DNA from: Candidatus Danuiimicrobium aquiferis
Lineage (GTDB): Bacteria; Omnitrophota; Omnitrophia; Omnitrophales; Danuiimicrobiaceae
Length of the DNA: 61,959 bases
Reading direction: 5' to 3'
Assembly (NCBI GenBank): GCA_001804285.1
Contig: MHFR01000045.1
Span: 534-62,492, forward strand
The first letter of the stretch is position 1, and each line of letters starts with the position of its first letter. Under the pieces are notes generated by a model that worked only from the letters and a program-made list of their open reading frames with translations, was not told where the DNA came from and searched no databases. A program made the position numbers and the translations under genes. Positions 19,142 to 28,311 of the stretch are shown here, piece after piece.

Positions 19142-21337
19142 ATGAATAACAGAATGGAAAAGGCGTGTTTTAATATTTTGGTCAGTTCCGGAAATATTGC
19201 GCGGGAAAAATTGGAAGAAGTTTATAATGAAGCGGAAAATTCCAAATTTTCATTTACAGAGTTAATTGTCCAAAAAGGGGTATTGAAAGAACCCGAACTT
19301 CTTAAGATTTATTCGAAGAATTTGGGGATCCCTTATCTCAGTCTGAAAGTTTTGACGGTGGAACAGGCCGTTATTGATAAGATTCCTGTGAAATTTGCAT
19401 GGTATTACAAGTTTTTCCCTATTCAATTAACAGAGAGAAAGTTAACGATTGCATTATCACGTCTCTTGGATGTGAATGCACTCGATGAAATTCGTCTCGG
19501 ACTGGGACTCGATATTGACTTCGTATTTGCCGCGTCGTTTGATATCGAAGAAATGCTGAAAAAGTATTATGGTCTTGGCGCGACTACGGTTGAAAAGATT
19601 CTTTCGGAAGATACGCAGCCAAGATCCGCGGGAAAGATGGACAGGGCCGATGAAGGAGTTGAAGATATTGAAAAGCTCGCAGAAACTGCTTCGGTCGGAC
19701 AGCTCGTGAATCAAATTATCCTGGATGCGTTTCAGAAGCGGGCGAGTGATATTCATATTGAACCTCTTCGGGGAGATGTCAGAATTCGCTACCGCATTGA
19801 CGGGGAGCTACAGGAGGCCAAAGTGCCCCCGGAAATGAAAAAATTCTATCTTCCAATTTTATCCCGTATCAAAATTATGGCCAATCTCAATATTGTTGAA
19901 AGACGCTTGCCGCAGGACGGAAAAGCGCGTGTTAAAACACGGGATCAGTCTTTAGATTTGCGCATATCAACGATGCCGACTCCTCACGGTGAAAGCATGG
20001 CGATCAGAATTCTACCCCATAAAACAGTTTTCAATTTAAATGAACTTGGCTTTGGGAAAGAGCAGGTTAAAATTTTCGAGGATCTTATTTATAGGCCGAA
20101 TGGCATTATCTTTGTGACCGGACCAACCGGAAGCGGGAAAAGCACGACTTTATATGCTGCCATGAATACACTCAACACGATTAAGAAAAAAATCATTACG
20201 ATTGAAGACCCTGTAGAGTATGAAATTGAAGGAATTACACAAATTCAAGTTCAATCTGAAGTCGGCCTTACTTTTTCAAGAGGGCTGAGAAGTGTGCTTC
20301 GTCATGATCCTGATGTGATGATGGTCGGAGAAGTCCGGGATCTTGAAACGGCAGATATTGCAATTCGTTCGGCATTAACAGGGCATTTGATTTTATCCAC
20401 GCTTCACACAAATGATGCGGCAACCGGAGTCACACGACTTCTTGATATCGGTGTCGAACCGTATTTGGTTGCTTCCAGCGTGATCGCTTTTATTGCGCAG
20501 CGGCTTGTTCGCGTGATATGTTCAAATTGCAAAGAAGTCGATAAAGAAGTGACGCCTGACATCAAACATATGATTCGAAAAGAGTTGAAATTGGGGCCGG
20601 TTGCTGATGTAAAGGTTTATAGGGGAAAGGGATGCGAAGAATGCAATCGGACGGGTTATTCCGGCCGGGTTGCTATTTATGAAGTGTTGCTTATGAACGA
20701 GGTCATTCGGAAACTGATATTCATGGGATCATCAGCCGAAGAAATTAAGAGGCGAGCAAGACAGTTGGGGATGAAAACGCTTCGTCAAGACGGTTGGAAG
20801 AAAGCTTTGGATGGTATCACCACGCCCGCGGAAATCTTAAAAGTAGCACCTAATGATGATGAAGTGCTGGAATTGTCTGAGAAATTGGTATTGCCAGAAG
20901 AACAAGGCGTTGAGACGGTCATTCCCGATCCCGAAACGCAAGCTGCGTCGAGTGATAATCGAAAATTTGAACGTGTCCAGATTAAATTTCATATTACGTA
21001 TCGAACTATCGGTGCGGAAGCGGGGAAGGAAACGGAGTTTATTAAGCAGGAATTGACCGCTCAAACTGAAAATATCAGTGCTGGAGGAATGGCGTTTATT
21101 ACCAACCATGGACTCAAAGAAGGTGATGTCCTGGATTTAAAACTGGATTTAAAGGATGGCGAGAAGCCCGTTCAGTGCCTTGGAAAAGTTTTGAGAGTCA
21201 CTCAACTCATCGAAGGGGAGGGTGATGGAGAACATTTTGTCTTTAGGATTGCGATTACATTTTTAGCCATTAGTAGTTCAGAGCGGTTACGGATAGAAAA
21301 TTTCTGTAAGAACGAAACCAGAAATGAAAACATTTAG
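19142..21337 (+). CDS. gspE: GspE/PilB-family secretion ATPase with a C-terminal PilZ domain
   Basis: It has an N-terminal T2SSE_N-like domain, Walker A GPTGSGKST, MVGEVRD and LILSTLHTND blocks, and the tetracysteine CSNC...CEEC. The C-terminal ~120 aa carries RKFER (20960-20974) and NISAGG (21071-21088), which match PilZ RxxxR and (D/N)xSxxG. The ATG at 19142 follows AAAGGAG; the TTG at 19136 in the ORF track is an alternative start. Confidence 0.9.
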   Translation: MNNRMEKACFNILVSSGNIAREKLEEVYNEAENSKFSFTELIVQKGVLKEPELLKIYSKNLGIPYLSLKVLTVEQAVIDKIPVKFAWYYKFFPIQLTERKLTIALSRLLDVNALDEIRLGLGLDIDFVFAASFDIEEMLKKYYGLGATTVEKILSEDTQPRSAGKMDRADEGVEDIEKLAETASVGQLVNQIILDAFQKRASDIHIEPLRGDVRIRYRIDGELQEAKVPPEMKKFYLPILSRIKIMANLNIVERRLPQDGKARVKTRDQSLDLRISTMPTPHGESMAIRILPHKTVFNLNELGFGKEQVKIFEDLIYRPNGIIFVTGPTGSGKSTTLYAAMNTLNTIKKKIITIEDPVEYEIEGITQIQVQSEVGLTFSRGLRSVLRHDPDVMMVGEVRDLETADIAIRSALTGHLILSTLHTNDAATGVTRLLDIGVEPYLVASSVIAFIAQRLVRVICSNCKEVDKEVTPDIKHMIRKELKLGPVADVKVYRGKGCEECNRTGYSGRVAIYEVLLMNEVIRKLIFMGSSAEEIKRRARQLGMKTLRQDGWKKALDGITTPAEILKVAPNDDEVLELSEKLVLPEEQGVETVIPDPETQAASSDNRKFERVQIKFHITYRTIGAEAGKETEFIKQELTAQTENISAGGMAFITNHGLKEGDVLDLKLDLKDGEKPVQCLGKVLRVTQLIEGEGDGEHFVFRIAITFLAISSSERLRIENFCKNETRNENI

Positions 21338-22568
21338 TTATACTGCCAAAAAAGGACCGATAGAACTTCGCACGGGAGCGGTCCAAGCCGAATCGGTAGA
21401 TCAAGCGATAGATTTGATTAGCAACATGGGGTTGGTCCCTGTGACTGTTGATGAGTCTTTGACATCTGGAGGGGCGAACGATCGAATGACGCAGGCGATC
21501 AAAGAGCCTCCTCGGTTAACCATTTCAAAAAAGGCAGTTAAATCCCGCGATTTAATTATGTTTTATGAACAACTTGCAAGATTGGTGAAGTCCGGAATTC
21601 CAATATTAAAAGCTATCGGAATTGCTTCGGATCAAACCGGCAACCCGGCATTTCAAAAGATTTTAAATCAAATTCAAAACGAAGTCCAACAAGGGAAAGA
21701 GTTGTCCTCTGCGCTTGCTGATCATCCGGGCGTTTTCTCGATGTTTGATATTTCAATGATTAAAGCCGGTGAAAGTGTCGGCAAACTGGAAGAAGCGTTA
21801 ACGCGGATCGCTGCCTATCGCGATGAACAGGAAAAAATAAAATCGAAAGTCAGAGCAGCATTGGCCTATCCGGCGTTTATGCTGGCGGTTGGAGTGGGAA
21901 CCGTTGTTTTTATGATTGCCTATGTGATTCCGCAATTTTCACGTTTTTTTGCTGATTTAGGGCAAAACTTACCTTTGTTAACGCGTTTGTTGATTCAATT
22001 TAGTAAATGGGGACAAACTTGGTTTCCGGTCATTACGCTGATATTTATATGTTTGTTTTTTCTCTGCGGAAAATTCCGGAAAACGGCGAAAGGTAAATTA
22101 TTTTTTGACGAATTAGTGTTGAAAATCCCCCTGATTGGCAAAATTATTTTAAAAACTGAAATTGAAAAATTAAGCCGGACTTTAGAAATGTTGATTCGAA
22201 GCGGGTTGCCTTTGCTAACGGCGATCAGTGTGGCATTGCTTGTGATTGATAACGAGGTGCTTCGTGCCGGATTAGGAAAATGTAAACAGATTGTTGAGGA
22301 TGGCGGCGGTTTAGGTGAGGGACTCCGACAAAGCAATCTTTTTCCCAGTTTTGTTTTTAACATGGTGCAGGTGGGGGAGGAATCTGGGAACCTCGAAGAT
22401 GCTTTTACGAATGTTGCCGAATGGTATGAACGGGATATTAATGAATCGATTCGGGTGATGATGACGTTGATTGAGCCGGCTCTCATTTTAGTGATAGGAC
22501 TTATGATTGGTGTAATTGTTATGGCTGTTTTATTGCCGGTGTTTAGCATTAATACTTTAGCGCAGTGA
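21324..22568 (+). CDS. gspF: GspF/PilC-family inner-membrane platform protein
   Basis: 414 aa with duplicated cytoplasmic T2SSF-type domains and three TM segments. The N-terminus FSYTAKKGPIELRTGAVQAES...LISNMGLVPV is typical of the family. The start overlaps gspE by 14 nt. Confidence 0.88.
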   Translation: MKTFSYTAKKGPIELRTGAVQAESVDQAIDLISNMGLVPVTVDESLTSGGANDRMTQAIKEPPRLTISKKAVKSRDLIMFYEQLARLVKSGIPILKAIGIASDQTGNPAFQKILNQIQNEVQQGKELSSALADHPGVFSMFDISMIKAGESVGKLEEALTRIAAYRDEQEKIKSKVRAALAYPAFMLAVGVGTVVFMIAYVIPQFSRFFADLGQNLPLLTRLLIQFSKWGQTWFPVITLIFICLFFLCGKFRKTAKGKLFFDELVLKIPLIGKIILKTEIEKLSRTLEMLIRSGLPLLTAISVALLVIDNEVLRAGLGKCKQIVEDGGGLGEGLRQSNLFPSFVFNMVQVGEESGNLEDAFTNVAEWYERDINESIRVMMTLIEPALILVIGLMIGVIVMAVLLPVFSINTLAQ

Positions 22569-22601
22569 GTATGTAACCTGTTTAAAATAAAGGGGTTAGA
22601 G

Positions 22602-23042
22602 ATGATTCACAAAATCAATACGTATCGACGAAAACTAAAAGGATTTACGCTTATCGAAATTTTATTGGTTGTTATTATTATCGGAACATTATCAGCAATG
22701 CTCATTCCCCGATTGAGTGGGCGCTCAGATCAGGCCAGAATAGCAGCGGCTAAAGCGGATGTCACCGTCAATATCCCAACGGTTTTGAAGTTATATGAAT
22801 TGGATAATGGTTTTTTCCCTTCCACCGAGCAAGGGCTCAAAGGATTGATGGTGAAACCCATAACGGAGCCGATTCCTCAGAACTGGAATGGCCCGTATTT
22901 GGAGAATGAGCCTATCGATCCGTGGGGGCGACCCTATCAATATAAATCCCCGGGTGAGCATCGTCCTCATGATTATGATTTGTATTCTTTGGGAAAGAAT
23001 GCTGCTGCCGAAAAAACGGATGATGATATTAAGAACTGGTAA
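22602..23042 (+). CDS. gspG: GspG-type major pseudopilin
   Basis: The prepilin leader ends KG|FTLIEILLVVIIIG with Glu at +5. It carries the hallmark GspG C-terminal block DPWGRPYQYKSPGEH..YDLYSLGKN. Confidence 0.9.
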   Translation: MIHKINTYRRKLKGFTLIEILLVVIIIGTLSAMLIPRLSGRSDQARIAAAKADVTVNIPTVLKLYELDNGFFPSTEQGLKGLMVKPITEPIPQNWNGPYLENEPIDPWGRPYQYKSPGEHRPHDYDLYSLGKNAAAEKTDDDIKNW

Positions 23043-23048
23043 TCAGCT

Positions 23049-23447
23049 ATGAGGCTAACTCATCAATCCGGTTTTTCACTTGTTGAGGTGATGTTGGCTA
23101 CCCTCGTCTTATCTGTTGGTTTAGTCACAATTTACCGTCCGTTGCTTTCGGCGTTAGATGCCGTGGAATATGGAGATGCTCGCTTGGAGATGAATCGGTT
23201 GATTTCCAATCAAATTTGTGAATGGGAGCAAATTGTTTTCCAAACTGGCAGGCCGATGACAAATCAAAAGGGAGTTCTGATAGGAAGTAAAAAAGCTTTT
23301 CAATATTATGCCGATATTAAAAGTATAGATTCTAATCCGATATTACAGCATGCTAAAGTGACAATGACGTGGGAAGGCTTAGGAAGAAAAAAGCAGGCAA
23401 CAAGGGATTTTTATGTTGGCGGAACGCCGGTTGAAACGACAGCGTAA
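23049..23447 (+). CDS. Minor pseudopilin (GspI-like by size)
   Basis: It has a prepilin-type N-terminus SG|FSLVEVMLATLVLSVGL and is 132 aa. It sits 6 nt after gspG. Confidence 0.6.
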   Translation: MRLTHQSGFSLVEVMLATLVLSVGLVTIYRPLLSALDAVEYGDARLEMNRLISNQICEWEQIVFQTGRPMTNQKGVLIGSKKAFQYYADIKSIDSNPILQHAKVTMTWEGLGRKKQATRDFYVGGTPVETTA

Positions 23448-24069
23448 TTCAGAAGGAGCGAGACGCTCCCCAAAGGGTTTTTCCTTAATTGAGTTGTTAA
23501 TTGCCGTTTCAATTATTTCTTTTCTTGGAGTTGTTATCTATTCGGCATTGTCACAAGGGCTTAAAATCTGGAAGAGGACAACCGTTGAGAAGCCGGAAAT
23601 CAATGTCGAGTTGATGCTTGAAAAATTTGCGTCGGATTTACGCAATGCATCCAATAATTCTATTGGCCGGTTTGCGGGAGAAGAAAAAGCAGTTCGTTTT
23701 CTTGTTTTAGGAACATCATTGAAGAGCCCAGAAAATGAAGGCGGGATTCCGATGCCTTATCAAGTTCGCTACGAATTTGATGCGGGCAAAGGCATTTTTC
23801 GAAAGGTTCAAACAGATTACCGGGACTTGCTATATCAGACCGGCGAAAAGGCGGGCATTGAAGTAGAAAAGATTAATTTAAAGGATTGTCGAATTCGGTA
23901 TTATTATTATAATGCTGAAGAAAACTCGGCCATATGGAAAAGTTTGTGGCAAGAAGAGTGTTTGCCAAGGGCAGTTAAAATTGATATGGGTTACAGCACA
24001 CAATACGGGGTAAGGACAGTGACGAAAACAATCGCGGTTCCGGCAAACTATTGCCAGGCAAAGGGTTAA
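23413..24069 (+). CDS. Minor pseudopilin (GspJ/GspH-like by size)
   Basis: It has a prepilin-type N-terminus KG|FSLIELLIAVSIISFLG and is 218 aa. It overlaps the preceding gene by 35 nt. Confidence 0.55.
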   Translation: MLAERRLKRQRNSEGARRSPKGFSLIELLIAVSIISFLGVVIYSALSQGLKIWKRTTVEKPEINVELMLEKFASDLRNASNNSIGRFAGEEKAVRFLVLGTSLKSPENEGGIPMPYQVRYEFDAGKGIFRKVQTDYRDLLYQTGEKAGIEVEKINLKDCRIRYYYYNAEENSAIWKSLWQEECLPRAVKIDMGYSTQYGVRTVTKTIAVPANYCQAKG

Positions 24070-24073
24070 AAGC

Positions 24074-25591
24074 GTGGAAACTCTCGAGACAACTATCTCA
24101 ACTCAACAAAAATTTGGGACCATCCCGCAAAAAAGCAAATCCTTGATGGATTTGGTGGGCATTGATTTGAGCGGAAATATTGTGAAAATCGTTCACGCGA
24201 AAGTTCAGGGCGGCCGGATTGTTGCTGAAAATGTGGTTCACAACAAATTTGCGGAAAATGCAGACGATGAAATCAGCCAGTTTATTGTAAAAACGCTCAA
24301 GAAATTTAGAGTCAGAACCAAAAAAGCCATTTGCGTGATTCCGTCGAAATTGTTGATCACGAAAAATGTTGACATGCCCTCCCGCGATCGCAACGAAATC
24401 GATAAAATTGTCGATTTACAAGCCGGCCGATTCACCCCTTATTCACGAACTGAAATCGTCATTGATTACCTTTGTATGGACACTCCCGAACAATATTACA
24501 CAAATGTTTTCTTGATTATCATGCATCGCAAAATGGTCGAACGCTATTTAAAAATTTTTGAAAAAGCACAATTAGACCTCGACAAAGTGGCGGTGTCGTC
24601 GGAAGGTATGGGGATTGCCTATCATCATATTGCAGATACGAAGTTGGCAGACACGCCGGTCGGGGGGATTCATTTTTCCAATGACTGTTCGGATTTGACA
24701 ATTATTGATCGACAGCAGCTCGTTTTTATTCGGAATATTCCGATTGGTTTGGATCATCTTAAGGAAAATAAAGAGTGGGCGCTTGGGGAATTTCTGAAGC
24801 AATTGAATAAATCAATGTTGACGTATCAAAATCAAGGTGTTGGTAGGCCCATTGCGGTCTTGGTTGTGACAGGATTGGTTGAGGAGCTTGATTACATTGA
24901 AAAAGAAATTCGCGAATCAGTTCCTTATGTTTTTGCAAGCAAGATTCCGATTAAAATGGTTCCTTATCAGACGTATTTTAGTTTCCGTGACGGAACAACG
25001 GAAGGAGCTCGGGGTGATGGCAAAATGTCTTTTTTTGAGATTTTATCTTGTTTGTTTTCCTATCCAAGGTTGCAGATAGATTTGATTCCGAAGGAGATTA
25101 AACTCAAACGGAAATTTCAGGAAAGCGGCCATGATGTGATCATGATTGCGATTCTGCTTTTTGTGAACATGTTTCTGATTTGCGGTTTTCTTGCGGGGAA
25201 GATGGTCATCAAGAGCAATTATTTGGAAAATTTGACTCAGTTGTATAAAAAAACGGTTGAAGAGTCTAATAGTATCAGGCAAATGGCTGACCGGACAAAA
25301 TTCCTTCGAAGTATTTTAGAGTCGCGGGGAAAGGGATTGGGTGCGTTTCAACGGGTGACGGGAATGATTGGACAGGAGATTTATCTTTCGGAATTCCGGT
25401 ATGGCAATGACCGGAAAATCGTGATAGTCGGGACGGCTGACTCCATGTCTCGTGTGTTTAATTTTGTGACAGAATTGGAACAATCCGGCTATTTCGAAAG
25501 TGTTAAGACCAATCAGACAAAATCCCGCCGCGAAGCGGGCAAGGATGTGGCCGATTTTGAAATTGAAACCGTCATAAGGGAAAATATTTGA
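24074..25591 (+). CDS. GspL-like assembly protein (PilM-type cytoplasmic domain + TM + PilN-type periplasmic domain)
   Basis: The N-terminal VGIDLSGNIVKIVHAKV... is typical of PilM/GspL actin-like domains. There is a single TM helix (VIMIAILLFVNMFLICGFLAG) preceded by LIPKEIKLKRK, as in PilN. GTG start. Confidence 0.65.
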   Translation: METLETTISTQQKFGTIPQKSKSLMDLVGIDLSGNIVKIVHAKVQGGRIVAENVVHNKFAENADDEISQFIVKTLKKFRVRTKKAICVIPSKLLITKNVDMPSRDRNEIDKIVDLQAGRFTPYSRTEIVIDYLCMDTPEQYYTNVFLIIMHRKMVERYLKIFEKAQLDLDKVAVSSEGMGIAYHHIADTKLADTPVGGIHFSNDCSDLTIIDRQQLVFIRNIPIGLDHLKENKEWALGEFLKQLNKSMLTYQNQGVGRPIAVLVVTGLVEELDYIEKEIRESVPYVFASKIPIKMVPYQTYFSFRDGTTEGARGDGKMSFFEILSCLFSYPRLQIDLIPKEIKLKRKFQESGHDVIMIAILLFVNMFLICGFLAGKMVIKSNYLENLTQLYKKTVEESNSIRQMADRTKFLRSILESRGKGLGAFQRVTGMIGQEIYLSEFRYGNDRKIVIVGTADSMSRVFNFVTELEQSGYFESVKTNQTKSRREAGKDVADFEIETVIRENI

Positions 25592-25609
25592 GCAGAAAGG
25601 AGTCTTCTT

Positions 25610-26284
25610 TTGTTTGATCAAGCGATTGCGTATTATCAGAAGTCACCAAAATTGACAAAAATACTTTTTCTCGTAGCGTCTGCGGTTGTGTCGTTTGCCA
25701 TTATATATTTTTTGGTTTTAGGCCCAATCTTTTCACAGTTGAATACGATGAGTGCTGAAATTAAAGCCAAGTCGCAAACGATCAAACAAAATTTGCGAAT
25801 GCTTTCAATGAAAAACAGTATTATGCGAGACAATGATAAGGTTGCCAACTACTTGAGTGAAGGGAATCTGTCAAAAGAAGAAATTATTGCGGGCCATCTT
25901 CATGAGGTTGAAAATCTTGCCAACATGCATCAAGTCACTATCAATAAGATCGAATCAGGCAATATTGCGGAAAACCCTTTATGCAAAAAATACGAAATTT
26001 CAGTCGATTGTGAAGGAGTGTTAAGCGATATATTGGCATTTATGAATGACTTGGAAGATTCGGAATATTTGTTTCAAATTACTAATTACCGTTTAAATCC
26101 GAAGACCAAACAGGGAACAGTCATCAAGGCTTTTCTTGGCGTTTCCCGGATCGTAGTGAGCGCCGAAGGGGTAAAAGAACTTCAGAAAGAATCAGCTGAA
26201 AACGCTCAGAATTCCGCGACTATTAAAACGAATCAAACGTCTGAAAAAATAGAAAAGAAGGCTGAAAATGTTCAACAAAAATAG
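25610..26284 (+). CDS. GspM/PilO-like bitopic assembly protein
   Basis: It has an N-terminal TM helix, then a coiled segment (LNTMSAEIKAKSQTIKQNLRML), then a small alpha/beta domain (VDCEGVLSDILAFMNDLEDSEYLFQITNYRLNP). The TTG start is 6 nt after AAAGGAG. Confidence 0.5.
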   Translation: MFDQAIAYYQKSPKLTKILFLVASAVVSFAIIYFLVLGPIFSQLNTMSAEIKAKSQTIKQNLRMLSMKNSIMRDNDKVANYLSEGNLSKEEIIAGHLHEVENLANMHQVTINKIESGNIAENPLCKKYEISVDCEGVLSDILAFMNDLEDSEYLFQITNYRLNPKTKQGTVIKAFLGVSRIVVSAEGVKELQKESAENAQNSATIKTNQTSEKIEKKAENVQQK

Positions 26285-27002
26285 CATTTATGTGTTATGT
26301 GTTTGCATAATTTGCATAACGTGTTTGTCCGGAAGTGCGCTTGCCGAACCTACGGGGAAAGGAGATCAAGAGTTTAATGCCTTATATAAAGCCGCTCTCG
26401 ACAGTTTGGGGAAAGAAAACGATCAAGAAGCATTGGATATGTTCCTGAAGGCCCTTGATCTAAAACCTGATATACAAAATGCTCCTTTTTTTAATCATTT
26501 AGGATTTGCATATATGCAGGCCGGTGATGTGGAGGAAGCGATCGTTCGTTTTAAAACAGCTCTTCGGATAGATCCGAAATATGCAGATGCCTATTCAAAT
26601 TTAGGCTCCGCTTACGCAAGTCAGGAGACGGGGACTGATTTAGCGGTTGAGCAATATCAGAAGGCGATTGAATTGGATCCCAAACAAGGGAAGGCGTATT
26701 TGGGGCTTGGTTGGGTTTATTTGATTCGCAAACACCATCCGCAAGAGTCAATTAAACAGTTTACGAAGGCGATTGAAATTGATTCCACAATGGACTTGGC
26801 GTTATATGGATTGGGGCTATCTTATGTGGCTTCGGGGAAAAGTGAGCTATCGATTAAGCCCATTTCAACGCTTCGTGCACATAATAAATTCGAGTATGCC
26901 GCTGCGATCGAAGCGTCTATCAAACAAGTTGAGACAAAATCGCAGCCTGCTTCAATGACGTCACAGCCCCCTCAGCCTGGAACCGAACCGGGACCGGCAT
27001 AA
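26268..27002 (+). CDS. Secreted TPR-repeat protein (PilF/PilW-like position at the end of the array)
   Basis: It has a signal peptide (...CLSGSALA|EP). It carries at least four TPR-like units (e.g. AYSNLGSAYASQETGTDLAVEQYQKAIELDP and AYLGLGWVYLIRKHHPQESIKQFTKAIEID) and a Pro/Gln-rich tail. Confidence 0.7.
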   Translation: MFNKNSIYVLCVCIICITCLSGSALAEPTGKGDQEFNALYKAALDSLGKENDQEALDMFLKALDLKPDIQNAPFFNHLGFAYMQAGDVEEAIVRFKTALRIDPKYADAYSNLGSAYASQETGTDLAVEQYQKAIELDPKQGKAYLGLGWVYLIRKHHPQESIKQFTKAIEIDSTMDLALYGLGLSYVASGKSELSIKPISTLRAHNKFEYAAAIEASIKQVETKSQPASMTSQPPQPGTEPGPA

Positions 27003-27103
27003 AAGCGTATTTACGCCTACGGGAGAGGCAACCTTAAATTTAGGACTTCCAATTGAAGCTGCCCATAGTACTGCGAACCCATGAAAATTAAATTGATGCA
27101 GGA

Positions 27104-27478
27104 CTATTCTTTCTTGTGATTTTCTTCGTTTTTTTCTTTCGGGGCTAATTTTTTGAGTTTGTACTCGATGATTCCCATGGCTTGAGCGAGCGTTTCCGTT
27201 CGATTGTTTTGTTCGTTGATGTGAATGGTTAAGAACAATGTCAACATGATAAAAAAAACGAGAAATAGAAAAAAAATGAAGTTACTTGCCAGTTGAAACC
27301 CGGCAAAACGAGCTAAGATGTGAAGAAGATGGCTATTTAACCCCAAGACTAAAACGATTGTGCACCCGAAAAGCCATGATAAGGAATATTTAAACGTCAT
27401 TTTTTCCCGGCGGATTTGCTCGATCACGGTTAGTAAAATAACAACGGTGATCAGAATAACGAAAACCTTTACATTCAT
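27104..27478 (-). CDS. DUF2304-like small membrane protein, the usual partner of GT2 polyprenyl-phosphate glycosyltransferases
   Basis: 124 aa with 3-4 TM helices and the motif IEQIRREKMTFKYSLSWLF. Its start overlaps the stop of the upstream GT2 gene (ATGA). Confidence 0.6.
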   Translation of the reverse strand: MNVKVFVILITVVILLTVIEQIRREKMTFKYSLSWLFGCTIVLVLGLNSHLLHILARFAGFQLASNFIFFLFLVFFIMLTLFLTIHINEQNNRTETLAQAMGIIEYKLKKLAPKEKNEENHKKE

Positions 27479-28215
27479 AATTCCTCCTTAGGATTTCTTT
27501 TTAGTGAATCAATCAAGATGGCAAGCGTGACCTTAACCATGTAATAAATTGTTGAAAAATATCGAATGGATGAAACGCCACCAAGCCGTTTTTTCATATT
27601 AACGGGAACTTCGATAATTTTCGCGTTGAATCGCTTGGCCATTTTTACTGCTTCGGGCTCTGGAAAATCGACCGGATAATATTCCGAAAAATGTTTAATC
27701 AACGATCGACCGGTGGCTCGGTAGCCCGACGTTGGATCTGTTAAATGGATGCCGGTTATCCAGCGGAGAAGATTTGCAAAGAACTGGATGCCGATCCGGC
27801 GTATCGGGGTAGATTTGAAATCCGATTTCATAAGAAGGAATCTACTGCCGATACATAAATCAAAGTTCCGGAATAGGACAGGTTCAAGAACGTTGTTTAA
27901 ATAAGCCGGATCATGTTGGTAATCCCCGTCGATTTGGATGGTTGCGTTATATCCTTCGAGGTGGGCAATTTTATAGCCGGTTTGGACCGCACCGCCGATC
28001 CCTAAATTGAATGGATGCGTGACAACGGAAACGCCGGGTGCTTTGGCTTCTTCCGCTGTATTGTCGTGAGAACCGTCGTTGACAACCAAGATATCATATT
28101 CAGGATAGGCAGACATGATGTCCGTGATTAAGCGCTTGATGATGCGTTCTTCGTTGAATGCCGGGATAATAATGAGAACTTTAAATTTTTTCATAAGCTC
28201 TATTATGCCTTGCAT
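27475..28215 (-). CDS. Family 2 glycosyltransferase (GtrB / polyprenyl-phosphate sugar synthase-like)
   Basis: It carries VLIIIPAFNEE...DILVVNDGSHDNT and IQIDGDYQHDP (DxD-type). Its size, 246 aa, fits the family. Confidence 0.85.
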   Translation of the reverse strand: MQGIIELMKKFKVLIIIPAFNEERIIKRLITDIMSAYPEYDILVVNDGSHDNTAEEAKAPGVSVVTHPFNLGIGGAVQTGYKIAHLEGYNATIQIDGDYQHDPAYLNNVLEPVLFRNFDLCIGSRFLLMKSDFKSTPIRRIGIQFFANLLRWITGIHLTDPTSGYRATGRSLIKHFSEYYPVDFPEPEAVKMAKRFNAKIIEVPVNMKKRLGGVSSIRYFSTIYYMVKVTLAILIDSLKRNPKEEL

Positions 28216-28311
28216 TTAAACGAACTCAAGTAAATTTTGTAATATTGCATAAATCAATCATCTATTGGACACTGAGCAGTGTTAGAATGAAACAGGGAGT
28301 ATTTCTGAGAT

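Noticed and set aside
27003-27103. Possible bidirectional terminator between the convergent TPR gene and the DUF2304 gene (weak GCGTA/TACGC hairpin)
   Set aside because: The stem is only 5 bp, with no convincing U-tract on either strand. That is not enough to call a terminator.
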